This document shows positions 8,188 through 15,697 of a stretch of DNA of 24,521 nucleotides, in pieces. The DNA lies in IMG/VR virus record IMGVR_UViG_3300027874_000158, positions 1 to 24,521 of that record, one strand, 5' to 3'. Position numbers and translations under genes: made by a program. Within the stretch, counting starts at the first letter, position 1, and every line of letters starts with the position of its first letter. The notes beneath the pieces are model-generated. The model did not search any database. It saw only the letters and a program-made list of their open reading frames with translations, and had not been told where the DNA came from. The DNA comes from a virus (taxonomy: Duplodnaviria; Caudoviricetes).

Positions 8188-8343
8188 ATGCGTCCCGATA
8201 AAGCACCGGGCCGGCGCGGCCCAGTTAAGCGCATGCCCTGGTCCGGCGACGGTTGGCCTTCGGACTGGCGCGGTCCTCGGCGCGGACGCAAATCGCCGCG
8301 ACCGGGTGCGCGCACTGGTCCGGTGCGAGGCCGCCGCCGGTGA
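8188..8343 (+). CDS. Basic micropeptide 5, MRPDKAPGRRGPVKRMPWSGDGWPSDWRGPRRGRKSPRPGARTGPVRGRRR (51 aa)
   Basis: ATG 3 nt after the previous stop; 17 K/R, 3 D; stop overlaps the GTG of the next gene (GTGA). Confidence 0.72.
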   Translation: MRPDKAPGRRGPVKRMPWSGDGWPSDWRGPRRGRKSPRPGARTGPVRGRRR

Positions 8344-8798
8344 AACGCCGCCACGCACCGAAGAAGTTTCGGCTTCGCTCAACGGATCCGCCTGAGGTGG
8401 AGTTCCACAAGACGGTTGCGGATCTACTCGACTGGATTCTGTTGCCGCCGACAGTGTGGACGACGTTTCCGGCCGGATGGGGCCAACTGCCGATCACCAC
8501 TGCGGCGCGGCTCAAGGCCTGCGGCCTCAAACCGGGTTTCCCCGATATCTTCGTCTGGCGTTGGGATGGCCGTTCTGTCGGACTCGAGCTGAAGAAGGTC
8601 GGCAAGAAACCGACTGAAAATCAGCTCCTCATGCACGATCGACTGAGCGCGGTCGGTGTCCCGGTATATGTCTGTCAGGATGTCAACGAGGTGATCACGG
8701 CGTTGCGCGCGTTTAAAGTGCCGCTGCGCAAAATGGCGATCGACGGAGTGTATCATGCGCAAGATCACGACGGCGAAGAAGCGCGCGGCGCGGCGTAA
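8340..8798 (+). CDS. VRR-NUC family PD-(D/E)xK nuclease
   Basis: E-x-x-F-H N-terminal helix, GLKPGFPDIFV, GLELK..GKKPTENQ...HDRLSAVG..VYVC motifs; GTG start inferred from the GTGA overlap. Confidence 0.88.
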   Translation: MKRRHAPKKFRLRSTDPPEVEFHKTVADLLDWILLPPTVWTTFPAGWGQLPITTAARLKACGLKPGFPDIFVWRWDGRSVGLELKKVGKKPTENQLLMHDRLSAVGVPVYVCQDVNEVITALRAFKVPLRKMAIDGVYHAQDHDGEEARGAA

Positions 8799-8832
8799 CC
8801 TGCGCAAGGCGCGCGCACGCAGGAGAAAATGA
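8755..8832 (+). CDS. Basic micropeptide 6, MRKITTAKKRAARRNLRKARARRRK (25 aa)
   Basis: SD GGAG at 8745-8748; 14 K/R, no D/E; stop coupled to the next start (ATGATG). Confidence 0.8.
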   Translation: MRKITTAKKRAARRNLRKARARRRK

Positions 8833-9143
8833 TGGCACAGCATCGCGGGAGGCAAGGCGAATGGCCGATCGCACAGAGGAACGATCCCGAGGCATGTTTT
8901 CTCAACTCGGACGGCTACCAGAGGAGCGATCGCTCAGTCGCAGGGCCTTTGCGTCTTGGCACAGAACCGGGCGTTGGACCACGCGGTCCCTCCGTCGCAA
9001 ACGAGAGAGTCGAAGGTCGGAGCGACATGGGAATGGATCGCGTTGATCCGAGGCGCTTTGATCCGATGGGCACCGATCTCAATCGCACTGGACCGCGTCC
9101 CGATTCGGGCTTGATCGCGCAAATCAAACGCAGCGGTTATTGA
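8832..9143 (+). CDS. Hypothetical protein, about 103 aa (G/P/R/D-rich)
   Basis: SD AGGAG; ATG at 8829 or 8832; TGATG coupling downstream. Confidence 0.75.
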   Translation: MAQHRGRQGEWPIAQRNDPEACFLNSDGYQRSDRSVAGPLRLGTEPGVGPRGPSVANERVEGRSDMGMDRVDPRRFDPMGTDLNRTGPRPDSGLIAQIKRSGY

Positions 9144-9673
9144 TGTCACGCGCCTCGCTGCTGACCCGGAGCGATCGGTGGTTTGATTTCGAGCATGCAA
9201 TGGCGCACCGCCGAGCGCTCGCGGTGATCGGCTTCCAGCCTGGATTTACGCCGCAGACTGGCTCAACGGCGCAGCCGTTTCCGCCACGTCCGCCGTTGAG
9301 CAAGTACAGCGCTATTCCGTATTTCATCGAACCCGAACAAAACACAGCGCGACGTGCAGGCAAATGGCACTTGAACCACCAGCAGGCACACAACAATGCG
9401 CTGCAAAATTTGCCATCGCGATATTTCTGGCAATACTTCACGACGACCGTGCCGCAGCCGCCGCCCAATCCGCCGCTGACGTTCCAGACTCCGCCGACAA
9501 TAACGTACGGTTTAAGGATCGGCGGAATTTTGATAGACACGAGCTTCGCTGACGAGCGGCAACTCCGATGGTGGGAATTTCAGAATCACATGGAGCACTA
9601 CGTCGGGTCGAAATCGATTGCGCCGCCCCCAGCCCCAAAGCCCGCGCCGCAATCGACGTTCCCGTTCTGGTAG
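9143..9673 (+). CDS. Hypothetical virion-module protein with repeated Trp/His motifs
   Basis: TGATG start; motifs WFDFEHAMAH, WHLNHQQAH, WWEFQNHMEH. Confidence 0.8.
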   Translation: MSRASLLTRSDRWFDFEHAMAHRRALAVIGFQPGFTPQTGSTAQPFPPRPPLSKYSAIPYFIEPEQNTARRAGKWHLNHQQAHNNALQNLPSRYFWQYFTTTVPQPPPNPPLTFQTPPTITYGLRIGGILIDTSFADERQLRWWEFQNHMEHYVGSKSIAPPPAPKPAPQSTFPFW

Positions 9674-9693
9674 ACCCTAGTCAGCCTCGGATT

Positions 9694-10095
9694 ATGACCG
9701 AGGCCGATTTTGAGTGGCTCAACTACCTCTGCAAAAAACGCTACTCACACAAATACGACAGCGACACCACGGCGGGGTGGTTCAAGAACGTTGTGCTTAA
9801 ATCACCGTTGATGTTTCTTGCCTGTCGCACGCAAGACGCGTTCGCGATCACGCTGATCTCAATCACCCCCTGGCTCCCCAACAGCATCGAGGCCAATCTG
9901 GTCTTCGTCTGCGCTGATGACGACTGCATGTGGCAGGCGATAAGGTTGCTGCGTTCCTCGATTGACTGGGCGAAGCGGCGTGAGTGTTCGCTCTGGCGCA
10001 TGTCTTCAGATACCGACTACGATCTCGCGCCGCTCGCCCGCCGTTTAGGAGCAACAGAACTCTCGCCGCGATTTTTGTTGAGGCTCAAGCCATGA
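9694..10095 (+). CDS. GNAT-fold (acetyltransferase-like) protein, positional analogue of T7 gp13
   Basis: RIMTEADF start, AIRLLRSSIDWAKRREC (motif A helix), LARRLG (motif B-like); directly before the ejection-like genes. The start may lie further upstream (frame open from 9568). Confidence 0.65.
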   Translation: MTEADFEWLNYLCKKRYSHKYDSDTTAGWFKNVVLKSPLMFLACRTQDAFAITLISITPWLPNSIEANLVFVCADDDCMWQAIRLLRSSIDWAKRRECSLWRMSSDTDYDLAPLARRLGATELSPRFLLRLKP

Positions 10096-10496
10096 CCGGC
10101 ATGGAAGCGATCGGCCCCATCGTGGGAATGGCAGGCAAGGCGGCGCAAGCAGGCGGTGGCGGCAAGGGCGGTGGCGGCGGTGGTGGGGGTGGACCGAGCC
10201 AGGAAAGCGCAGCACTCGCGCAATATCACCTCGGAGAGAATTTACTGGCGGCGCGCCACGGTTTCGCCGGCACCGGCACCGGGGCGTCGACAATGGCGAC
10301 GCAGGCCTCGGAGGGCGCGCGCAATAAGTGGGCGGAGGAGATGTCGAAGGCGGCCAATGCACGCAGTGATGCGCAGGCCGCCGCGAACTCACAGCTTCAA
10401 CAGCTCGCACAGCAGAACCAAGAGAACCAAGGCTTCCAGGCAGGCTCGCAAGGCGGCTTCGGCGCGCAGAGCGGCAGCTTCGGTCAGCCAGGATAG
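10092..10496 (+). CDS. Small Gly/Gln/Ala-rich putative ejection (internal virion) protein
   Basis: ATGA coupling; G4-K-G9 near the N-terminus; composition and position fit small ejection proteins. Confidence 0.68.
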   Translation: MTGMEAIGPIVGMAGKAAQAGGGGKGGGGGGGGGPSQESAALAQYHLGENLLAARHGFAGTGTGASTMATQASEGARNKWAEEMSKAANARSDAQAAANSQLQQLAQQNQENQGFQAGSQGGFGAQSGSFGQPG

Positions 10497-10504
10497 GTGA
10501 CGCC

Positions 10505-10942
10505 ATGGGCGGCATGATGGGCGGCGGCGGCAAAGGCGGTGGTGGTGGTGGCGGCGGTGGTGGCAACACTCTGGCCGACGCGTTCTTTGCCGAGCAGGCG
10601 CTCGGGCAGAACGAGCAAGCGGTCCATAATCGCTACCAGCAGCTCGGCATCGGCAAGCCGCATACAGGTACTGCAGCGGGAGCTGCGGCGACTGGTCAAA
10701 GTCTGACGTATGGCGGACCGTCGACCATGGAGCAGATGGACATCGGTACTATCCCGACGCGCACCGGCGGCGCGATGGGCATGGCCGACGCGCTGATGGG
10801 GCAGTTGTTCAACCCACAAAGAGAAGCGGGTTTCGGTCCTGGCGGGCCGCTCGAGCAGCTCGCGCAGCAGCAACAGCAGCAAGAGCAAGCCGGTTTCGGC
10901 GCAGCAACGGGCGGGTTCGGTAGAAGCAGCGCATTCGGGTGA
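10505..10942 (+). CDS. Second small putative ejection protein, probable paralogue of 10092-10496
   Basis: SD AGGTGA; G4-K-G10; shares LGxN, STM and LxQLAQQ...GF...GGFG with the previous gene. Confidence 0.68.
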   Translation: MGGMMGGGGKGGGGGGGGGGNTLADAFFAEQALGQNEQAVHNRYQQLGIGKPHTGTAAGAAATGQSLTYGGPSTMEQMDIGTIPTRTGGAMGMADALMGQLFNPQREAGFGPGGPLEQLAQQQQQQEQAGFGAATGGFGRSSAFG

Positions 10943-10946
10943 TCAG

Positions 10947-13337
10947 ATGGCAGACGCAGCAGGCGCAATGGACCTCGGCGGTGGTGCGCTCGGTGGCATG
11001 GGCGGTGGCGGCGGCGGCAAATCCGGCGGTGGTGGTGGTGGTGGCATGACCGACCCGATGAGCGGGATGGGCATGGGTGGCGATTCGTCGTTTGGCGGCG
11101 GCGGCCTGTCAGATCTCGCCGGCGGCGGCAGTCCATTCGGGTTTGGCGAAACTTCGACGTCATATGGCGGCAACATCGCTTCGCAAGCGCAGGCAGCGCA
11201 GGATCCCACCGGCTCGACCGGCGCACAGCAATCGATCGAAGCAAGCCAGCCTTCGCCTGGTACCCCCGGCGGCGGCATCGGTGGCACACAGACCGGGCCG
11301 CAGAGCCTCGGCCAACTCGCCCAGGGGACTGGCGAACCGATGGGCAGTCCGAGCCAGCCGTTCAGCGTGCCGACAACAGCAGTGCAATCCGCGCAAGCAC
11401 CGACCACGCCGATCCCCGGATCACAGCCCACAGCTCCAGCCGGCGGTGTTACGCCAACACCGACACCGACACCGCCTTTCGGTGCGTCGGGTGCTGGTGC
11501 GTTTGGGGGACCGCCGTCAGACTTTGCCAGCCAATTTCGCAGTGACGTAAATCAGATCAATCTGCAGAACCCGGAGCAGCCGCTCCAGTCAGCGATCAAT
11601 CAAACAATGCCGGGGACTGCTGATGTCGGAGGCCCGGATCAGCCTGCAGCCGCGCCAACGCCGACGCCAGCCCCGCTATCGCAGGATCAAGCCGCAAGTG
11701 CTGCAGGTGTGCCGAGAGAGCCGCCAACCACTCCGGATCTTGTGCCGCCCTCGGAGCAACCACAAACCTCGAACGTCGCGGCGAAGAGCGACCGCTTGGA
11801 TAGCTCGACGTTTGCCGAACGCTTCCAGCCGGCACTCGATCAGCCGCTCGACACGATCCCACAATCTCTTCGGCAGGAGGGGCTGCAGAAGCTTGCTGAG
11901 CAATTCAACAAAGAGCCGACATTCGCCAACATAGAAAAACAGTACGAAACCCCAACGCCATCCCCAGCAGAAAAACCACCAGCAGCACCCGCTGCGCCGA
12001 AACGCGCGCCTACAGCAGCGCCACGTACAGCAGCGCCACGTACAGCAGCACCACATGCTGCGCACCCGGCGTATCGCACTGATCCATACGGCAACACTTA
12101 CACCACGCAGCCGGGATATCAGCCGAGCCCGATGTCGCCGTTGCCGGCATACCCGGGCCCATCACCGCAAACATGGCCTCGAGCTGCAGCGCCTGCAGCG
12201 ACACGAGCTGCAGCAGCAACACCACCTGCACCGGGCGAAACTCCAGCCCAGGCTGCAGCGGCGAACAGCCCGCAAGGTCAAGCCGTCCAGCAGGCAATGA
12301 ATCAAATGCCGACGCGCACGTTGCTGCAGCTCGCGCGTCTCGCCGGCGTCCCGGTTCCGCCACAGCTCGCGTTGGCGATGGGTGGTCAGCCGCCGCCGTT
12401 TATGACGCGGCCGACGACTCCGACTGCTGCAGCGCCGACCGCAACCTCGTACGCACCGACAACAACAACAAGCGCGCCGGCGCAGCAGGCGATTAATGAC
12501 GCGGTCAAAGCTAACGCTGATGATACCAGTTCATCGCTGACGCGCAGCGACCCGCGCGGGCTTCGCGACTACATCGGATTGACAGCGAGAAAGTACGGTA
12601 TTGATCCGAATGTCGCGCTCCGCGTCGCACAGTCGGAAGGCCTGTCGTCTTTCAGCTCAGGTATTCGCGGCGAAAATTCCTGGGGCGCATTCCAGCTCAA
12701 CACGCAAGGCGGCATGGGGAGCGATTTCCAGAGAGAAACAGGCCTCAACCCGGCTGATCCGAAGAACGAGAAGGCAACAATCGACTACGCGCTTAAGCGA
12801 GCGTCCAGAGAGGGTTGGGGCGCATTCCACGGCGCAGCAAACACTGGCATCGGTCGCTGGCAGGGCATTAATCGCGGTGTCACTGCAAACGCCCCGCCTC
12901 GATTCTCGGATATGGGACAGCAGCTCGGCCGCGAGAACATTCGTACCGCTGGACCAAATATAGCACCTGAGCAGATTCAGAGAGAATTTGGCGGCCCTGT
13001 TGAGACAGCGACGGGCATAATGAAGGCCACTCCTCAACAGGATGTCGAGCGCACTATTCGAGGACTTGAGGAACGCGGCGCATCTACACCCTTCGAGGAT
13101 GAAAGAGGGTTTGAGCGAGAGGCGTCAGATGCAACGCCGCGTAGTTTTGCTGAGCGTTTCCCGGCCTGGGCAAATGATCCAAATCTGCTCGACAAAATCG
13201 TGCAGCAGCGCGGGCAAGGCAACCTTAACATTCAGCCAGAAGACGTAGCCGACATTAATCGCATCCTGCAGATACGGCAGCAACGGCTTTGGGATCTGTT
13301 GAAAGGGGATCTGCTGAGAGGACGCATCCCACCATGA
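10947..13337 (+). CDS. Large putative ejection protein with a lysozyme-fold lytic transglycosylase domain (about 12561-12870)
   Basis: ARKYGIDPNVALRVAQSEG (catalytic Glu position), SWGAFQL, GWGAF; the remainder is low-complexity P/A/T/G/Q. Confidence 0.78.
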   Translation: MADAAGAMDLGGGALGGMGGGGGGKSGGGGGGGMTDPMSGMGMGGDSSFGGGGLSDLAGGGSPFGFGETSTSYGGNIASQAQAAQDPTGSTGAQQSIEASQPSPGTPGGGIGGTQTGPQSLGQLAQGTGEPMGSPSQPFSVPTTAVQSAQAPTTPIPGSQPTAPAGGVTPTPTPTPPFGASGAGAFGGPPSDFASQFRSDVNQINLQNPEQPLQSAINQTMPGTADVGGPDQPAAAPTPTPAPLSQDQAASAAGVPREPPTTPDLVPPSEQPQTSNVAAKSDRLDSSTFAERFQPALDQPLDTIPQSLRQEGLQKLAEQFNKEPTFANIEKQYETPTPSPAEKPPAAPAAPKRAPTAAPRTAAPRTAAPHAAHPAYRTDPYGNTYTTQPGYQPSPMSPLPAYPGPSPQTWPRAAAPAATRAAAATPPAPGETPAQAAAANSPQGQAVQQAMNQMPTRTLLQLARLAGVPVPPQLALAMGGQPPPFMTRPTTPTAAAPTATSYAPTTTTSAPAQQAINDAVKANADDTSSSLTRSDPRGLRDYIGLTARKYGIDPNVALRVAQSEGLSSFSSGIRGENSWGAFQLNTQGGMGSDFQRETGLNPADPKNEKATIDYALKRASREGWGAFHGAANTGIGRWQGINRGVTANAPPRFSDMGQQLGRENIRTAGPNIAPEQIQREFGGPVETATGIMKATPQQDVERTIRGLEERGASTPFEDERGFEREASDATPRSFAERFPAWANDPNLLDKIVQQRGQGNLNIQPEDVADINRILQIRQQRLWDLLKGDLLRGRIPP
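12011..12055 (+). repeat. 15-bp tandem repeat x3 encoding TAAPR-TAAPR-TAAPH
   Basis: TACAGCAGCGCCACG twice plus TACAGCAGCACCACA. Confidence 0.95.
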
Positions 13338-15697
13338 GCTTCACCGACAGCACCAACCCTGAACCGACCGATGTAAATCCGCCGCCGGTCAATCCCAATC
13401 AGCCGCAGGATCCGCTTGCGTCGCCGCAGGGACCGATCCCGCGCCGGCCGATGAACTGGCCGAATCAAACACTGCCGCAGCTCGCAGGTCAGTGGGATCC
13501 GACGCAGACGACACAGGATCCAAACAACCCGAACGCTGTTGCGCCTGATCAAACGATCAACGCCGGCGGCTTTACGTCCGGCACGCCGGGACCGTTCATG
13601 CTCGCAGCGGCAATGCCTGCGGGTCCTTACGGTCCTTTTGGTCCACGACCGTTTGCAATGCACCAGCAGCAACGGTTTATTCCTGGTGCACCAAACCGGC
13701 CGTTCGAGGAATGGGGCACGCCGCGCGAGTATCCGGTGATGCCGCAGATGTGGGAGATCCCCGGCATCTATAGCGGCCTCGGCAACCAGCTCTCGCAGTG
13801 GGGCCCCGGCTACGTGCAGCCGTTCGCGGCGATGATGGGCATGGGCTCAGGCGCATGGATGCGCGGCTATATGCGCGGTCAAGCAGCGCTGACCAATCAA
13901 CAATATCAGCAGATGCGGATGGCGTCGTACGAAACGGAACGGCGCATGCAGGAGATCGCGAGCGAGTACGGTCAGATCTTTGCGATCTTTGGCGACGGTC
14001 AGCACCCTGAGCAGCTCAAGCAAGCACTCCGGAATGCAGCCGAGAAATTCCACGACGAGCACATGAAGCAAGCGCTCGAGATGGGATTGAGCAACGCTGA
14101 AACATTAGCGCGCTGGTACGAAAGCAAGCACGGCGATCTGCACGTCACTAATCGACAGCGTGAGAAGGACGAGGAGGAGCGCAAGGCACTTGAGCCATAC
14201 CAGCAACCGGGCCAGCCGGGTGCCTCAGGTGTGCCATCAACAGCGCCCCCGCCGGTACCGACCGAGCCGCAACCCGAAGCTCCGACACCAGCTCCGCCCA
14301 CGCCAGGAGCTGAGCCCGACGAGGGCACACCGACGTCTACGCCCGGTATTGGTCTGCCGCCGGTCGGCGTAGAGGACACACAGCCAGCACAAACGCAGCA
14401 GGCCGCAGCACCCACGCGCCCGCCGGTACAACTCGCGATGCGCGGCGACACTATGAGCGACGCACCATCGCCCGGAGTTGGCGATGTCGATCAGCCGGTC
14501 GAACCAACGCGGGAGGCAGGCGATGGGTTGGGTGGAGTACCGCGCCTCACGCAAGCCGACACCACACCCGGGGCCGCACGGACCCCCGCGACCACACCCG
14601 CAGCCGCACCCACCGCACCCGCCGCAGCCGACCCGTATTTCGGCTCGAATACCTTGAGACAGGCAGCTACTGGGCAATACCGCTTGCGTCCAGATCTGAT
14701 CAACACAATGGCGCAGACCGCGCTCAAGACCGGGAAAGTCGACAAATCTCTACCCAAGCCAGTACAGCAAGCGGTTCTCGCGCGGGCTGCAGAGATCGGC
14801 GCAGGCCTCGATGAGATTGCGGCTGATGACAAGATTACACCAGCGCAAGCTCGTGCCCGCATTAAAGCGCTCGCGCCTTCGTTTGCTGGCACGCTGGATG
14901 GTTACGTGTCTGGGTCTGTGCCGATTCCAGCGCGTGACTTTCCCATGAAGGATCGCATCGTCGCGCTCGGGCAAAAAATCGATCCAACATTTAACGCGCA
15001 ACAAGCGCAGGTGCGTGCTGCAAATCTCAAAGACATCACCAGTGGTCAGAGCGGGCGGGCGCTCGCCTCCGGTGTCACATCGTTTGATCACATTCAGCTC
15101 GTGCAAGGTTTACAGAAGGGCATCCCGTACGATCCCTGGAAAGGACCGGCGGGCAATCGGCTGTGGCAGGATATTCTGGCCGACAAAATGCCCGACGTGC
15201 TGATGTCAGCCGATCAACAGCGGCAGCGTCTCGCCATTCAGCAATACAAGGCGACGATCGATCTCGTCGCGCCTGAGATCGCGCGCGCGCAAAAGGGCGG
15301 TCAGCCGACACAAGACGAAATTAACAAGGTCAAGGCGATGCTTGATCCGTGGCAACCGCCTGAAATCCGCAACGCAGTGTTTAACAACATGCGTGCGTTG
15401 ATCTGGCATCGTACCTACAACACTGCGCAGAAAGCGGCGGCTGCGCTCAACAGACAACCACAGGACATCCTCAACACGTTCGAGCAATTCCGAACGAAGG
15501 ACGGCAAGTTCGATCCGTCGACCGGCGATGCGCCGCTGTGGCCGACCGGCACGCGCTGGAATTTCCAGGACGCCGCAAAAGAAATGATCTTCGGTAAACC
15601 GCCGCCGACGATTACCAAAGAACAGTATGATCTGCTCCCGGTCGGCTCGCCGTATGTCGCACCTGACGGACAGATCCTGACGAAGGGCGCGCAATGA
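13334..15697 (+). CDS. Large putative ejection / internal virion protein, 787 aa
   Basis: ATGA coupling at 13334; Pro-rich linkers between helical Q/A-rich domains; synteny. Confidence 0.65.
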   Translation: MSFTDSTNPEPTDVNPPPVNPNQPQDPLASPQGPIPRRPMNWPNQTLPQLAGQWDPTQTTQDPNNPNAVAPDQTINAGGFTSGTPGPFMLAAAMPAGPYGPFGPRPFAMHQQQRFIPGAPNRPFEEWGTPREYPVMPQMWEIPGIYSGLGNQLSQWGPGYVQPFAAMMGMGSGAWMRGYMRGQAALTNQQYQQMRMASYETERRMQEIASEYGQIFAIFGDGQHPEQLKQALRNAAEKFHDEHMKQALEMGLSNAETLARWYESKHGDLHVTNRQREKDEEERKALEPYQQPGQPGASGVPSTAPPPVPTEPQPEAPTPAPPTPGAEPDEGTPTSTPGIGLPPVGVEDTQPAQTQQAAAPTRPPVQLAMRGDTMSDAPSPGVGDVDQPVEPTREAGDGLGGVPRLTQADTTPGAARTPATTPAAAPTAPAAADPYFGSNTLRQAATGQYRLRPDLINTMAQTALKTGKVDKSLPKPVQQAVLARAAEIGAGLDEIAADDKITPAQARARIKALAPSFAGTLDGYVSGSVPIPARDFPMKDRIVALGQKIDPTFNAQQAQVRAANLKDITSGQSGRALASGVTSFDHIQLVQGLQKGIPYDPWKGPAGNRLWQDILADKMPDVLMSADQQRQRLAIQQYKATIDLVAPEIARAQKGGQPTQDEINKVKAMLDPWQPPEIRNAVFNNMRALIWHRTYNTAQKAAAALNRQPQDILNTFEQFRTKDGKFDPSTGDAPLWPTGTRWNFQDAAKEMIFGKPPPTITKEQYDLLPVGSPYVAPDGQILTKGAQ

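Noticed and set aside
7569-8395. Track ORFs 7569-7901, 7920-8201, 8141-8395 and the - strand ORFs over this interval
   Set aside because: No SD or coupling and shadow-like composition; the chained micro-ORFs explain the region better.
10696-11289. Other Arg-rich ORFs in the track as further protamine-like genes
   Set aside because: Off-frame translation of GC-rich genes is Arg-rich by default; these lie within long real genes, unlike the 7787-8343 ORFs, which occupy otherwise empty sequence.
10045-11431. Poly-Pro ORFs on the - strand and GGN tracts as DNA repeats
   Set aside because: They are antisense shadows of poly-Gly codons in the + strand genes.
12011-12055. CRISPR-like or regulatory repeat
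   Set aside because: Spacerless in-frame 15-mer within a Pro/Ala linker.
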